This document shows, piece by piece, positions 39,818 to 49,737 of a stretch of 64,000 nucleotides of DNA. The notes under the pieces are model-generated. The model made no database searches. It was not told the DNA's origin and saw only the letters and a list, made by a program, of their open reading frames with translations. The stretch comes from a virus. Lineage: Duplodnaviria > Caudoviricetes. Made by a program: the position numbers and the translations under genes. The stretch lies in IMG/VR virus record IMGVR_UViG_3300028805_000061; one strand, written 5' to 3'. Each line of letters opens with the position of its first letter. The first letter of the stretch is position 1.

Positions 39818-40723
39818 TTGGAGAAAAAATTGTATAATCGATTTAATAATTTTCAGCTAGATTTACAAGAAAGAGTTTCTGTGGCAAGATCATTTAGTAT
39901 TGCTACTGGGGTTAATTCAGCTGAAAAACTAAAAGAGTATCTATGGAAAGTAATTCATAATGAAAATGCTAATAGGAAATTATATTATAGATTATTAGAT
40001 GCTGGTTTAAATAAGCCAGTGTTGATAAGAGATCAAGCTTTAGAAATTCTACCTGGTAAGTTTATTGATATTTATTTTGTTCTTAGAGACGCTAATAAAT
40101 CAGCACCAAGAGGACAACAAGGAGTAGATAATTCTATTTTTAAAAAATCCAGAATAAATATTTCATTATATGCTAATTTAGAAGACGATTATATTGAATG
40201 GAGAGATACTTATCCAGCTACAATAGATCATGAATTAACTCACACCTTTCAATCTATGGATATAGCTGTAAGATATCTTTTACAGAAAAATAGAAAATTT
40301 CCAAATTATCAACCAAATTATGATGATATTATCAAATTAATGACTAGAATAAATGATAAAAATAGGAAATTCAATACTAAATTTAAAGGACTTAATACAG
40401 ATTTTAATATAGCTTTAGATTATATTTCTTCAGATAGAGAAATGGGAGCAAGAGCTCATGCATTTCTTAGACAGTTGTATAGTAAAGATAAAAATCTTTT
40501 TAATGATGTAATTAGTTATTGTGAACATGGTTGGCCTACTTTTGATTATTTGAATAGAAAATTAAGTAAGGGTAATTGGCATGGTTGGTCAGATTTAGAT
40601 AATTTAAGTAGAAATGAAATAAAGGCTTTAGGTTATAAAGAAGAAGAAACAAATGGTTTTGCTTTAAAATATGATTTTTTAGATAAAGCGTATGATTGGT
40701 ATACAACACAATACAAACAGTAG
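39818..40723 (+). CDS. HExxH zincin-like metalloprotein
   Basis: IDHELTHTFQ with downstream Y..S.REMGA.A. Confidence 0.55.
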   Translation: MEKKLYNRFNNFQLDLQERVSVARSFSIATGVNSAEKLKEYLWKVIHNENANRKLYYRLLDAGLNKPVLIRDQALEILPGKFIDIYFVLRDANKSAPRGQQGVDNSIFKKSRINISLYANLEDDYIEWRDTYPATIDHELTHTFQSMDIAVRYLLQKNRKFPNYQPNYDDIIKLMTRINDKNRKFNTKFKGLNTDFNIALDYISSDREMGARAHAFLRQLYSKDKNLFNDVISYCEHGWPTFDYLNRKLSKGNWHGWSDLDNLSRNEIKALGYKEEETNGFALKYDFLDKAYDWYTTQYKQ

Positions 40724-40732
40724 GAGAAGAAA

Positions 40733-42313
40733 ATGAATACAAATTTTGATAACCTAGTATCTATAAATGATTTTCGTGATCCTGGTGATTTCATATATAA
40801 TTCTGATTTAGTTGTTTTTACAGAGTATGGAGCCCAGTTAAAAAATTTAATTCCTAAAAATGTTGCTTTAGGAGCTACTTATTGGAAATCAGTTGATGCT
40901 AATTATGGAAATGGTGATATAACTTTATCAGCTATAATAGCTGGGAATGTCAATGTACAAAGTCATAAACTTTGTTTAGTGGGAGGACAATATCCAAAAT
41001 TATTAGAATACTATTTAACTAACTTAAATACTTTTGCAGATTGTATTCCTTCTGGTTCTATAGTTTTTCAATTTCATCCAAATTATTCAGGAACTCCAAA
41101 ACAAACACAATATATTTTTCATTGGGGTATAGGTGATTCAGATAATGAAGATGTAGAAAATGAAGAAACACATCAATTAGAAGAACCTTATTCTAGAAAG
41201 AATTATTTAGAAATTCTTCATACTGTTACTGGAGATATTATTTATAATATTTATGATAAATCTGGTAATGTTTATCAATCTAAAGTAGAATCGGTATTAA
41301 TAGAAGAAGCATTAAGACCATACGAATTTAAGTTTTTATGGGATTATACTACTGATATAAATAATGAAACAAGAATCAAAATATATTTATACTTTGAAGG
41401 TGAACTATTAGATGTTTTTGATTTTGATGGTGAAAATTTCAATTTAGGAAAAATAGTTAATTTAGGTTTTGGTCAATCTGATCCAAAATTACCTTTTCCA
41501 AATTATTACATATCTAGTTTATTAGTAGATAAACTTCCTTCTGATTTTGATAAAGAGTATTATTGTCCTCAAGTATATAGCACAAGAGGTTATATTCCTA
41601 TGTTTGAGACAAGATATACTATTTCTCCACAAAAAATAGAGCCTATAAGTCACATTACTTTAGAAGCTCTTCAAGATATTAAAGTAATAGTAAATGAATC
41701 TACTATTGCAGAAGGTTATAAAGAATATATTGGTTATACTTTTAAACTAGGTTGTAAAGAATACTTTTTTGATAGATCTACTCTAACATGGAAAGAACAT
41801 ATTTATCCAGAAGATATTTCAGATTTACCTCACATGTTATTATATAAAGATCAACTTATTACTGAAGGGGTTACTTTTAAGTGCATTCCCTATCTAAGAT
41901 CAGTTGATGGTAAAGGTACTCCTCAAATATTATCTATGACTACAACTTATAATGAGTATGTACCATGTAAAGAAAATCCCCCTGTAGCATTAATATATGG
42001 CTATATCAAAGATGTTTTAGGTAATCCTGTATGTAATGCTAAAATCATGATTTCTCCTTCTAAAGCAAGTGTAGCTGGTACAGGAAATTATATTTTACCA
42101 CAAATGACTAAAATTATTAGAAGTGGGCAAAATGGTTATTGGGATGCTGAATTAGCTTTATCAGATATATTTGATCCAGAAATATTATATAATATTCAAA
42201 TAATTATTAGAGAAAAAGTTGTATATCAAAGAGCTAATATAAGAATAATGAGAGAGGGTACTATTAGATTTGAAGAGTTGATTGAGGAGAATAATCGTGA
42301 CTGTTATTGTTAA
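40733..42313 (+). CDS. virion structural protein (LamG-like region and C-terminal beta sandwich)
   Basis: GSIVFQFHPNYSG, IYLYFEGEL, IYGYIKDVLGNPV.NAKI; position in the structural region. Confidence 0.5.
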   Translation: MNTNFDNLVSINDFRDPGDFIYNSDLVVFTEYGAQLKNLIPKNVALGATYWKSVDANYGNGDITLSAIIAGNVNVQSHKLCLVGGQYPKLLEYYLTNLNTFADCIPSGSIVFQFHPNYSGTPKQTQYIFHWGIGDSDNEDVENEETHQLEEPYSRKNYLEILHTVTGDIIYNIYDKSGNVYQSKVESVLIEEALRPYEFKFLWDYTTDINNETRIKIYLYFEGELLDVFDFDGENFNLGKIVNLGFGQSDPKLPFPNYYISSLLVDKLPSDFDKEYYCPQVYSTRGYIPMFETRYTISPQKIEPISHITLEALQDIKVIVNESTIAEGYKEYIGYTFKLGCKEYFFDRSTLTWKEHIYPEDISDLPHMLLYKDQLITEGVTFKCIPYLRSVDGKGTPQILSMTTTYNEYVPCKENPPVALIYGYIKDVLGNPVCNAKIMISPSKASVAGTGNYILPQMTKIIRSGQNGYWDAELALSDIFDPEILYNIQIIIREKVVYQRANIRIMREGTIRFEELIEENNRDCYC

Positions 42314-43070
42314 TGAAGATATAATAGCTTTAGAAAGAACTACTGAAGGAAAATTTCAAAATCTAATAAATGACCTAAATAAATATGCTGGACTAATAAA
42401 TGATTTAGAAGCACAATTTGGTCAATTAGGTATGGTTTCTAGAATAGAGAAATTACTAGAAAGAAGTATGGCTAAAAGATTAGGTTGGAATGTAAGAATA
42501 ATTTCTGAAATAGACAAAGACTATATTAGAAATATTTCTATTTCAACAATTATTCCTACTTTAATATTATCTAGAAAATTTACTACAGATTTTATTAAAG
42601 CTATTAAACAAGGTGATTGTAAAAATATTTTATTGAAATTGAAAAATGATTTAAAAGCTAAAGCAAAAGAAGTAGTTAGAGAAGGGAATGACCCTTTCGA
42701 AGAAAGTATGATTAAACAAAATTATATAGTAATAGAGGCTTCTACTGTTGGGGGCTGTTTTCATGCTGCTTTACCGGTGAACGCTTTATCATTAGTTGAT
42801 ACAGATGATGCCAATAATGCTTATATAGCTAAAGAGACTAAGAAAAACCATTTTATTTTAAAATCAACTAAAGAACAAATGAAAGCTGCTGTAATAAAAG
42901 CTTTATACAATAAAGGCTTGTCAGAAGATCAATTAAATAAATATTTAAAAATAGCTATGTTAGGAAATTATAAAATAATTAAAGAACACATACAAGAAAA
43001 CATTAATAAAAACTATAAAATATTAGGAAGCAAGATAATTGTTTCATCTATTTATAATAAAGGGGAATAA
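42282..43070 (+). CDS. hypothetical (probably head-associated) protein
   Basis: ORF immediately upstream of portal; start uncertain. Confidence 0.55.
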   Translation: MRRIIVTVIVNEDIIALERTTEGKFQNLINDLNKYAGLINDLEAQFGQLGMVSRIEKLLERSMAKRLGWNVRIISEIDKDYIRNISISTIIPTLILSRKFTTDFIKAIKQGDCKNILLKLKNDLKAKAKEVVREGNDPFEESMIKQNYIVIEASTVGGCFHAALPVNALSLVDTDDANNAYIAKETKKNHFILKSTKEQMKAAVIKALYNKGLSEDQLNKYLKIAMLGNYKIIKEHIQENINKNYKILGSKIIVSSIYNKGE

Positions 43071-43072
43071 GA

Positions 43073-45121
43073 ATGTTCTATACAAATAATCCTATAACAA
43101 ATTTTTTAAACTCATTTTATGATAGAGCTGATATAGGTGTTCAACAATTAGACCCACAATCTCAATTTGCATCAGTTAAATCAGGAGTTAGAGAATTTGA
43201 TCAGTATTATAAACAATCTGTATTTGCGCAAATATTAGAAAGAATTGCTGGAACAATTGACTCAAGGGGAAACTTATTTAGCCGTTTAAGAAATTTTAAA
43301 GATGACCCATTAGCAATTACTATGATTGATATTTTTATAGAAGATGGTTTTTCACAAACACAAAATAAAGATTTTTATGAAGTAACTTACTCCCCCATAA
43401 ATAATTCTGCTGAAGAAGATGATCTTGAGCCAGAAGATGAAGAAACAGAAATTATTGAAGATGAAAAAATAAAAGAAATACAAGATGTAATAAATGCTTG
43501 TGAAAAGAAATTTCTTTTAAAATCAAAATTTAAAAATATTTTATTTGATCTATTTCTTTTAGGTGAATGGATGTGGGAAACAAAGTATGAAAAAAATGGA
43601 GATCCAAAAACAGGTGGTTTACAGTCTATAAAAGATAATAAGCTAGTTGATAATATTATAGGTATATATGAAGATGAAGTAGTATCTTCCTATATTGAAA
43701 TTTGTCAATCTAGTATGGGTGAACCTAATGGAGGAATTAGAGAAATTGATAAAGATAATATACTTCATCTGGTGCTAAATCCTGGTACAATTCGTTTTTA
43801 TATAAATGAGAACTATGGTCTTTCTGGTTATAATTACAATACTGGTTTTAATAGGAGTTCAAGTTATGTAGCTGGTTGGAATAGTAATACTTCTGGTTTT
43901 AATAGTTCAAATACAATAGATGACCCAGCTAATAATTATAGAACTCCCTTAGATCAACCTACTAAAGGTTCTAAAATGCTTTCTAAATATATTAGAACTG
44001 GTAGATCAGTATTATATAGTTCACTTAAAACACTTGAGAAGTTGGCTTTATTAGATATGACTAATTTAGCTTTACTCTTAAAAAGAGCTTTAAGTCCAAC
44101 TATAATGAATGTTCAAGTACCAGAAAGTTATTCATACAAGAAAGCATTAGAAGCTGCTACAGCTTATGAACAATGGTTTTATGATTCTACAGAAGAAACA
44201 AGAAATACTTTTTCACAAACTGGAGTTGATAATATCAACTTTAATAGAATATTAGAATTATCTCAAAAATTCAAATGTATGCCAGTATGGGGAGATTCCA
44301 AAGGTGCATTACAAACTCTTGACTTAGCTGATACAAGAGATAATAGAGATGCTATTAATGATATTAAAGATGAACTTTCACTTACTTCAGGAATCCCTTA
44401 TTATTATTTTAACCCTCAAGCAGGAGGGATGGAAAAGAAAGAGATGTTAAAAACTTATGCAAAATATGCAAGGAAATTACATATTTTGCAACAGTCTATA
44501 GCTAATTCAGTAATAGAACTTCATTATAAAAATTTGAAATATAAAGGTTATAAAGTTAACAGAGAAGATATAGCAGTTAAATTTAAAGCTATTGTTAATG
44601 CTGATTCACTTGAATCTATTGAAGAAATAATTAATTTGTTTACAGCATTGACAGAAATAGTTGGTTCATTAGATGCATTTGCTTCTTCACAAGCATTACA
44701 TGTAAGAGTAGTAACAAAAGCATTTATGAAATACTTTAGATTTATTACTCAATCATATCCATTTATACAAGATATGCTAGAAGAAGCTCCAGAACAAACT
44801 CTAACTGATAACCCTGATTTATTAGTTGGTAATATGGGACCAGGTATGATGGGTTATGCTGATCCTAATATGAATCCAGAAGATGTAGTTGCAATGCAAC
44901 AACCACAAATAGATCCACAAACTGGACAACCTTTACAGCTTTCAGCAACACCACAACAAGCTGAGTATGCTGAAGCTTATGAATTATTTGGTACAACAGA
45001 TTTGAATGAAGGTATGTCAAGGTTTAAATATAAATTAGCAAAGAAAATGTCCAAAAAAGTAGAAAGTTTAGATGAAGCCATAACTAATAAACCATATAGA
45101 TATAGTCAGACTTCTTTCTAG
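43073..45121 (+). CDS. portal protein (T4 gp20-like)
   Basis: RTGRSVLYSSLKTLEKLALLD...R.L.P.I.NV.VP, ELSLTSGIPYYYF, KYARKLHILQ; size and context. Confidence 0.75.
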   Translation: MFYTNNPITNFLNSFYDRADIGVQQLDPQSQFASVKSGVREFDQYYKQSVFAQILERIAGTIDSRGNLFSRLRNFKDDPLAITMIDIFIEDGFSQTQNKDFYEVTYSPINNSAEEDDLEPEDEETEIIEDEKIKEIQDVINACEKKFLLKSKFKNILFDLFLLGEWMWETKYEKNGDPKTGGLQSIKDNKLVDNIIGIYEDEVVSSYIEICQSSMGEPNGGIREIDKDNILHLVLNPGTIRFYINENYGLSGYNYNTGFNRSSSYVAGWNSNTSGFNSSNTIDDPANNYRTPLDQPTKGSKMLSKYIRTGRSVLYSSLKTLEKLALLDMTNLALLLKRALSPTIMNVQVPESYSYKKALEAATAYEQWFYDSTEETRNTFSQTGVDNINFNRILELSQKFKCMPVWGDSKGALQTLDLADTRDNRDAINDIKDELSLTSGIPYYYFNPQAGGMEKKEMLKTYAKYARKLHILQQSIANSVIELHYKNLKYKGYKVNREDIAVKFKAIVNADSLESIEEIINLFTALTEIVGSLDAFASSQALHVRVVTKAFMKYFRFITQSYPFIQDMLEEAPEQTLTDNPDLLVGNMGPGMMGYADPNMNPEDVVAMQQPQIDPQTGQPLQLSATPQQAEYAEAYELFGTTDLNEGMSRFKYKLAKKMSKKVESLDEAITNKPYRYSQTSF

Positions 45122-45158
45122 AAAAATTAGATTAAAATAAAGTTGAAAGAGAAAAGTT

Positions 45159-46292
45159 GTGAACCCTTTAAGAATATTCAATCAAGTTATATCTGATTTC
45201 AAAACTAGAATTAGAAAAAAGTTTGCTAAAACTTTAGGGATTAAAGATATAGGAGCTTATAAAAAAGAAATTCAAGAAATGTTAGATGATCTTGAATCAG
45301 TAGCTCAACCAGAAGTAATAGAAGAGTTAGTAGAACAATATGGTATACAAGGGGCTGCACAACATTATATAGAACTAAATAAATATTATAGAGAGTATTA
45401 TTTCTTTATAATTAAAGAAGTGAAAAAAGCTGAAAATACAACTAATGAATTTAAGAATTTTGCTAGAAGAGCTGAGGCTGAGTGGGAAAGTACTTATAAA
45501 GAGATTATTCAATATTTGTATGATAAAAAACAAAGAATGCTTTATGGTGATACTAATGAAGATGTAAAAACATATAAAGCAAATTCTTTTGCTGATCAAC
45601 CATTACCCTGGCTTAGAAAAGAAGAATTAAATGAAGAAGATATATTTAATTCAGACTATATTCCAGAAGGATTATTTGGTGCTTCAGTTGGTGTTGCTGG
45701 AGGAGCAGCAGTTGCGGTAGCTATATCCTCTTTATCGGCAGCATTTCATATTCATCCTAAAGTATTTACTGGTATTTCTACTGCAGTAGGAGCTTTGATA
45801 GGGCATTTTATTCAAAAACACTATTTTATAGATTTTACTAATTATGTAAAATTAAAAAGATATATAACACATTACCCAGAATCATTTGAAGTTATTTGTG
45901 ATTTAATGGCAAAGAATGCAGTTAAGTTTCAACAAAAAGACCCAGTAAAATATAAAAAGATTTTAATGAATTTAAAGAGACTTCAACAAAATCCTCCAGA
46001 AATATATAAGAATTATTTGGATGATGAAATAGAAGCTGAAGAATCTAATTTAGATAGTGGTCTATTTGATGTAAAGGATAGAGAAGGTAATTTAATTAAG
46101 TCAGGTACAAGTCAAATAGTAAATAATAATTATTATAATAGAGATTCTAGAATATCTAGAAGAGACAGATTCTCCTCTAGAAGAGCTCTTTCCAGAAGAA
46201 GAGATTACGATATGGATGACTTAACTAATAATAAGAGTATATCACATGATCAATTAGCTATACAAACAAAAGATTTGTTAGGAGATTTATAA
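45159..46292 (+). CDS. hypothetical protein with internal glycine-zipper hairpin
   Basis: LNEE then GASVGVAGGAAV...TAVGALIG. Confidence 0.65.
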   Translation: MNPLRIFNQVISDFKTRIRKKFAKTLGIKDIGAYKKEIQEMLDDLESVAQPEVIEELVEQYGIQGAAQHYIELNKYYREYYFFIIKEVKKAENTTNEFKNFARRAEAEWESTYKEIIQYLYDKKQRMLYGDTNEDVKTYKANSFADQPLPWLRKEELNEEDIFNSDYIPEGLFGASVGVAGGAAVAVAISSLSAAFHIHPKVFTGISTAVGALIGHFIQKHYFIDFTNYVKLKRYITHYPESFEVICDLMAKNAVKFQQKDPVKYKKILMNLKRLQQNPPEIYKNYLDDEIEAEESNLDSGLFDVKDREGNLIKSGTSQIVNNNYYNRDSRISRRDRFSSRRALSRRRDYDMDDLTNNKSISHDQLAIQTKDLLGDL

Positions 46293-46293
46293 T

Positions 46294-46611
46294 ATGCAAC
46301 AAGTAGGTCAAAGAAGATTAAAACCAAAAAGAACTCCTGAACAAATTAAACAGGATAAAATAAATAAGCTTAAAAATGATATTACAAAATTGAGACAAAA
46401 GAAAGCTGTATTAAGATTAGAATTAGCACAACAAAGACAAAATGCTAAATCAGCTGAATATAAGGCAAGGCTAGATGCAATAGATCAAAAAGTTACAGAA
46501 AAGATGCAACAAATGAGAGATATTGCTACTGGAGTAGTACATAAAGTAGGACAAGTAGCTGCAAGTCCAGTTACTTTAGCTAAAAGAGTTTGGGATGATT
46601 GGCAGGTATAG
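46294..46611 (+). CDS. basic coiled-coil protein related to the polyprotein family
   Basis: KPKRTPEQ (cf. KKRVLTPEQ in 32697) and C-terminal AKRVWDDWQV (cf. KAAYQDWKV). Confidence 0.6.
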   Translation: MQQVGQRRLKPKRTPEQIKQDKINKLKNDITKLRQKKAVLRLELAQQRQNAKSAEYKARLDAIDQKVTEKMQQMRDIATGVVHKVGQVAASPVTLAKRVWDDWQV

Positions 46612-47472
46612 ATGAATTTATCAGAAAAACTAAATAAAGTAATAGAAAAACTAAATAATAAAATAGAAGCAATTCAAGTAAGTTATTATGATAAACTGAA
46701 TGAAGATGCTACATTGTATTATTTCTATTACAATCAAAACAATGATCCTACTATAGTAAGTTGTCCTATAGGAGGAAAACCAACTAGTGAGTCTTTAGCA
46801 ATATCTTTACCTAGTTCAGTACATCAAGATTTAGACTTTAGACCAAATTCAACTATTTCAGAAAGTCAACTTGAATCAGTAATTAAGACATTTAAGATTT
46901 TGACTGAAAACGTGTTAAGAAAAAATGTAGAAAATGGTAGAGTAATTCGTAAAAGAGTTACTACTATAGAAAAACCAAATACTATAAAACCCTTAGTAAA
47001 TAAGATTAAAAGTAAAAAAGCTGGCTTATATGCACAAACTGCAGCAGCAAGAATTAAAAGGGAACGTTCTAATAACGTTAGAGATATATTAAATTTAGAT
47101 AAACAGGCTAAGAAAGATAAGTCCGTTTTAGAGAATAAGGAGAATATAATGAATAGAAATGACTTTAATCGTCGTACTTATAAGTTACATGAAACTTATA
47201 TGACGTATCCTCAAGCTCGTTCAATTGCTGATGATATTGTAAATACATTATATACAAAGAAACTTGCTTCTTACAATATTAAATACCCACAAACAGGTAC
47301 TTGTGTTGTAGATCAAAAAGGTTTCTCCATTGATTTTGGAATGATGAATCGTAAATATATGGCAAAAGAACAACTCCTAGACTATATTGCTAAAGATATT
47401 CTAGGAAGATGTTCTAGAGGCGAAGAATTACCTGAAGAAGTTGCAAAGAAAATTACGCTTCATCAGGTTTAA
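46612..47472 (+). CDS. putative prohead core protein with possible internal start at 47149
   Basis: Directly upstream of protease; multiple LxE sites; basic ARIKRERS segment; in-frame ATG 47149 after AAGGAG. Confidence 0.55.
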   Translation: MNLSEKLNKVIEKLNNKIEAIQVSYYDKLNEDATLYYFYYNQNNDPTIVSCPIGGKPTSESLAISLPSSVHQDLDFRPNSTISESQLESVIKTFKILTENVLRKNVENGRVIRKRVTTIEKPNTIKPLVNKIKSKKAGLYAQTAAARIKRERSNNVRDILNLDKQAKKDKSVLENKENIMNRNDFNRRTYKLHETYMTYPQARSIADDIVNTLYTKKLASYNIKYPQTGTCVVDQKGFSIDFGMMNRKYMAKEQLLDYIAKDILGRCSRGEELPEEVAKKITLHQV

Positions 47473-47486
47473 GGAGATAATGTTAA

Positions 47487-48989
47487 ATGGGACTAATTTC
47501 ATTAAATGAAGTATGGGACTTCAATAGTTCTGATATAGCAGCTATTGGATCAGATACTCCTTATAAATTAACTGAAGATTATCTAGTAGAAGGAGCTACT
47601 GCTCCAGAAGTAGATGGTAAAATAATACTAGGAAAAGTAATGGGCCCTAGCTTTTTTGGAGATGGAGTTTCACGTAATCAGAGATTTTACCCTAGATCTC
47701 TTTGGGAAAGACAATTATCTTTACCAAGAATTAAAGAAAGATTAGCTAATCGTACAATGTTAGGTACAATTGGGCATGATGATGGTCCAGTAACCGAACA
47801 AGATATCTCTTCTGGTAGAGTATCTCATATTATTACTAATCTTTATTTAAAAGAGAATAATCAAGGTATTTCTGAATTACTTATATTGAATACTCCAGCC
47901 GGTAGAAATCTTTATACTTTGATGAAAGCTGGTAGTCGGTTAAAGATTTCCACTAGAGCGCAAGGGCAATTTCTAGAAGGAGAAACTCATAATGGGCTTC
48001 CTATAGTAGATCCAAAAACTTTTGTGTTAGAAGGTCTAGATATTGTTATTGAACCAGGATTTATAGAAACTGACCCAAGACTTCAAGAGTCCTTGAACAG
48101 AGTTACTCAGAGAGTTACTTCTATTTTAGAATCTAGAAGAAATATTACCAGCAACGTTAATAATACAAAATCAATAAAAGAAAACAAAGGAGAAAACATT
48201 ATGGAAATTACAGAACAACTATTACAAGAAGTTAGATCAGCTTCTAATGTTTACAAAACAATGTATGAAGAACAAAAGAAATTAAGAGAAGAAGCTGAAG
48301 ATGACAAAAAAGAAGCTGAAAAAGAATGTGAAGAATGCAAAAAAGAATTAGAAGAATGCAAAAAACAATTATCAGCTTATAGAATGCTTGGAGAAGCTGC
48401 TGACTTATCACAAACTATTCAAGAATATGCAGAATTAGGTTTCTCTTCTCCCACAGAAGCAGCATTTATTCTTAATTCTTTAAAAGAAGAAGCAGAAGAT
48501 GCTATAGATAAAGAAGAAGTAGAAGACATTAAAAAAGATGTAAAAGAAGCTGCTGAACTTTTGGCTCAATATGAATCTTTAGGTACAGTAGATGAACTTA
48601 AAGCTATTAAAGAAAAAGCAGAAGAATTAGTTGATGAACTTGATAAAAAAGAAGAAGATGAAGTTACTGAAAGACTTTGCAGAAAATATCAACTTCCCGA
48701 ATCTATTGTTCGTAAATTCGTTGAAACTTCAGAAGATGAAGAAGAAGCTGAAAAAGAAATTGAAGAAGCTTTAGAAGGTATGCCTGATCCAGAAGTAGAT
48801 GATAAATCTGGTACTGATTTAGATGACTTCGAAAACGATCACGAACTTCCTAACAAAGTAAATAATAATGATGTAGAAGCAGTTCCTGATGTAGTTGAAG
48901 AGTCTTTGAAAAAATTAGCTAGTAAACCTAAATCAGCAATCTTAGAAGGCTATAAACCTGGTTCATTAGTTAAATCTATGTTTGATTAA
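47487..48989 (+). CDS. prohead protease (T4 gp21-like) fused to acidic scaffold region
   Basis: SRNQRFYPR, LGTIGH, VSHII, ILNTPAGR, ISTRAQG, LDIVIEPG; C-terminal half is Glu-rich coiled coil. Confidence 0.9.
   Translation: MGLISLNEVWDFNSSDIAAIGSDTPYKLTEDYLVEGATAPEVDGKIILGKVMGPSFFGDGVSRNQRFYPRSLWERQLSLPRIKERLANRTMLGTIGHDDGPVTEQDISSGRVSHIITNLYLKENNQGISELLILNTPAGRNLYTLMKAGSRLKISTRAQGQFLEGETHNGLPIVDPKTFVLEGLDIVIEPGFIETDPRLQESLNRVTQRVTSILESRRNITSNVNNTKSIKENKGENIMEITEQLLQEVRSASNVYKTMYEEQKKLREEAEDDKKEAEKECEECKKELEECKKQLSAYRMLGEAADLSQTIQEYAELGFSSPTEAAFILNSLKEEAEDAIDKEEVEDIKKDVKEAAELLAQYESLGTVDELKAIKEKAEELVDELDKKEEDEVTERLCRKYQLPESIVRKFVETSEDEEEAEKEIEEALEGMPDPEVDDKSGTDLDDFENDHELPNKVNNNDVEAVPDVVEESLKKLASKPKSAILEGYKPGSLVKSMFD
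48201..48989 (+). CDS. nested scaffolding protein (in-frame internal start)
   Basis: AAAGGAGAAAACATT-ATG in frame at codon 239, at the start of the acidic coiled coil. Confidence 0.6.
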   Translation: MEITEQLLQEVRSASNVYKTMYEEQKKLREEAEDDKKEAEKECEECKKELEECKKQLSAYRMLGEAADLSQTIQEYAELGFSSPTEAAFILNSLKEEAEDAIDKEEVEDIKKDVKEAAELLAQYESLGTVDELKAIKEKAEELVDELDKKEEDEVTERLCRKYQLPESIVRKFVETSEDEEEAEKEIEEALEGMPDPEVDDKSGTDLDDFENDHELPNKVNNNDVEAVPDVVEESLKKLASKPKSAILEGYKPGSLVKSMFD

Positions 48990-49014
48990 TCATTTTTCTT
49001 CTTATATAAACTAA

Positions 49015-49052
49015 TAAATAACCCTTTGATTAAAAAATCAAAGGGTTATTTA
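49015..49052 (+). terminator. intrinsic terminator
   Basis: taaataaccctttgatt-aaaa-aatcaaagggttattta. Confidence 0.75.
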
Positions 49053-49098
49053 ATGTAAATTCTTATTATATCATATATAAAATCAAAAGGAGGAAGTA

Positions 49099-49737
49099 AT
49101 GTCAATATTTTTCAAAAATACTAGTAAAACTAAATCAATTAGTTTAAGATATGGTGATGGTAATAATAATATGATTCAATTAAAACCTGGCCAACAACAA
49201 CCCATACCTTCAATATTTAATAAACAAAAACTACAATCTTATTTACGTTTATTTAAAGATTTGAAAATAGTAGAAGAACTTGAAGAAATAAAAGAAGAAA
49301 ATAATGATATAACAGGAGAAGTAAATGGAGATTCTATTAAAGATAATTCAGAAAGTCAATTATCTACACCAGACGATACCTCAGGAGAACAGCAAGATAA
49401 TCTTAATTCACAAGATGATAATCAACAGACAGAAAATCAAGAGGGAAACAATGATCCAGTAGTAAATGGACCTGTTGAAGGGGAACAGCCAGAAAATCAA
49501 GAAGGGGACAATGATCCAGTAATAAATGGGTCTGTTGAAGGAGAACAGACAGAAAATAGAAATACTGAAGATCAAGAAAAAGATAAACTTCCTATATATA
49601 CTGAAAAAGAATTAAATAAATTATCTGCTGGAGAAATAAAAGAGATTGCTAAAAAATTAGGTATTGAAGTTACAGAAGATTCTACTAAAAAAGCATTAAT
49701 ACCTGTTATATTAAATAAACAAGGAAAATTAGAATAA
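49099..49737 (+). CDS. acidic low-complexity protein with C-terminal Rho-N/HeH domain
   Basis: YTEKELNKLSAGEIKEIAKKLGI....TKKALI. Confidence 0.7.
   Translation: MSIFFKNTSKTKSISLRYGDGNNNMIQLKPGQQQPIPSIFNKQKLQSYLRLFKDLKIVEELEEIKEENNDITGEVNGDSIKDNSESQLSTPDDTSGEQQDNLNSQDDNQQTENQEGNNDPVVNGPVEGEQPENQEGDNDPVINGSVEGEQTENRNTEDQEKDKLPIYTEKELNKLSAGEIKEIAKKLGIEVTEDSTKKALIPVILNKQGKLE
49425..49557 (+). repeat. 60-bp in-frame tandem repeat (about 2.2 copies)
   Basis: QTENQEGNNDPVVNGPVEGE / QPENQEGDNDPVINGSVEGE / QTEN. Confidence 0.85.
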
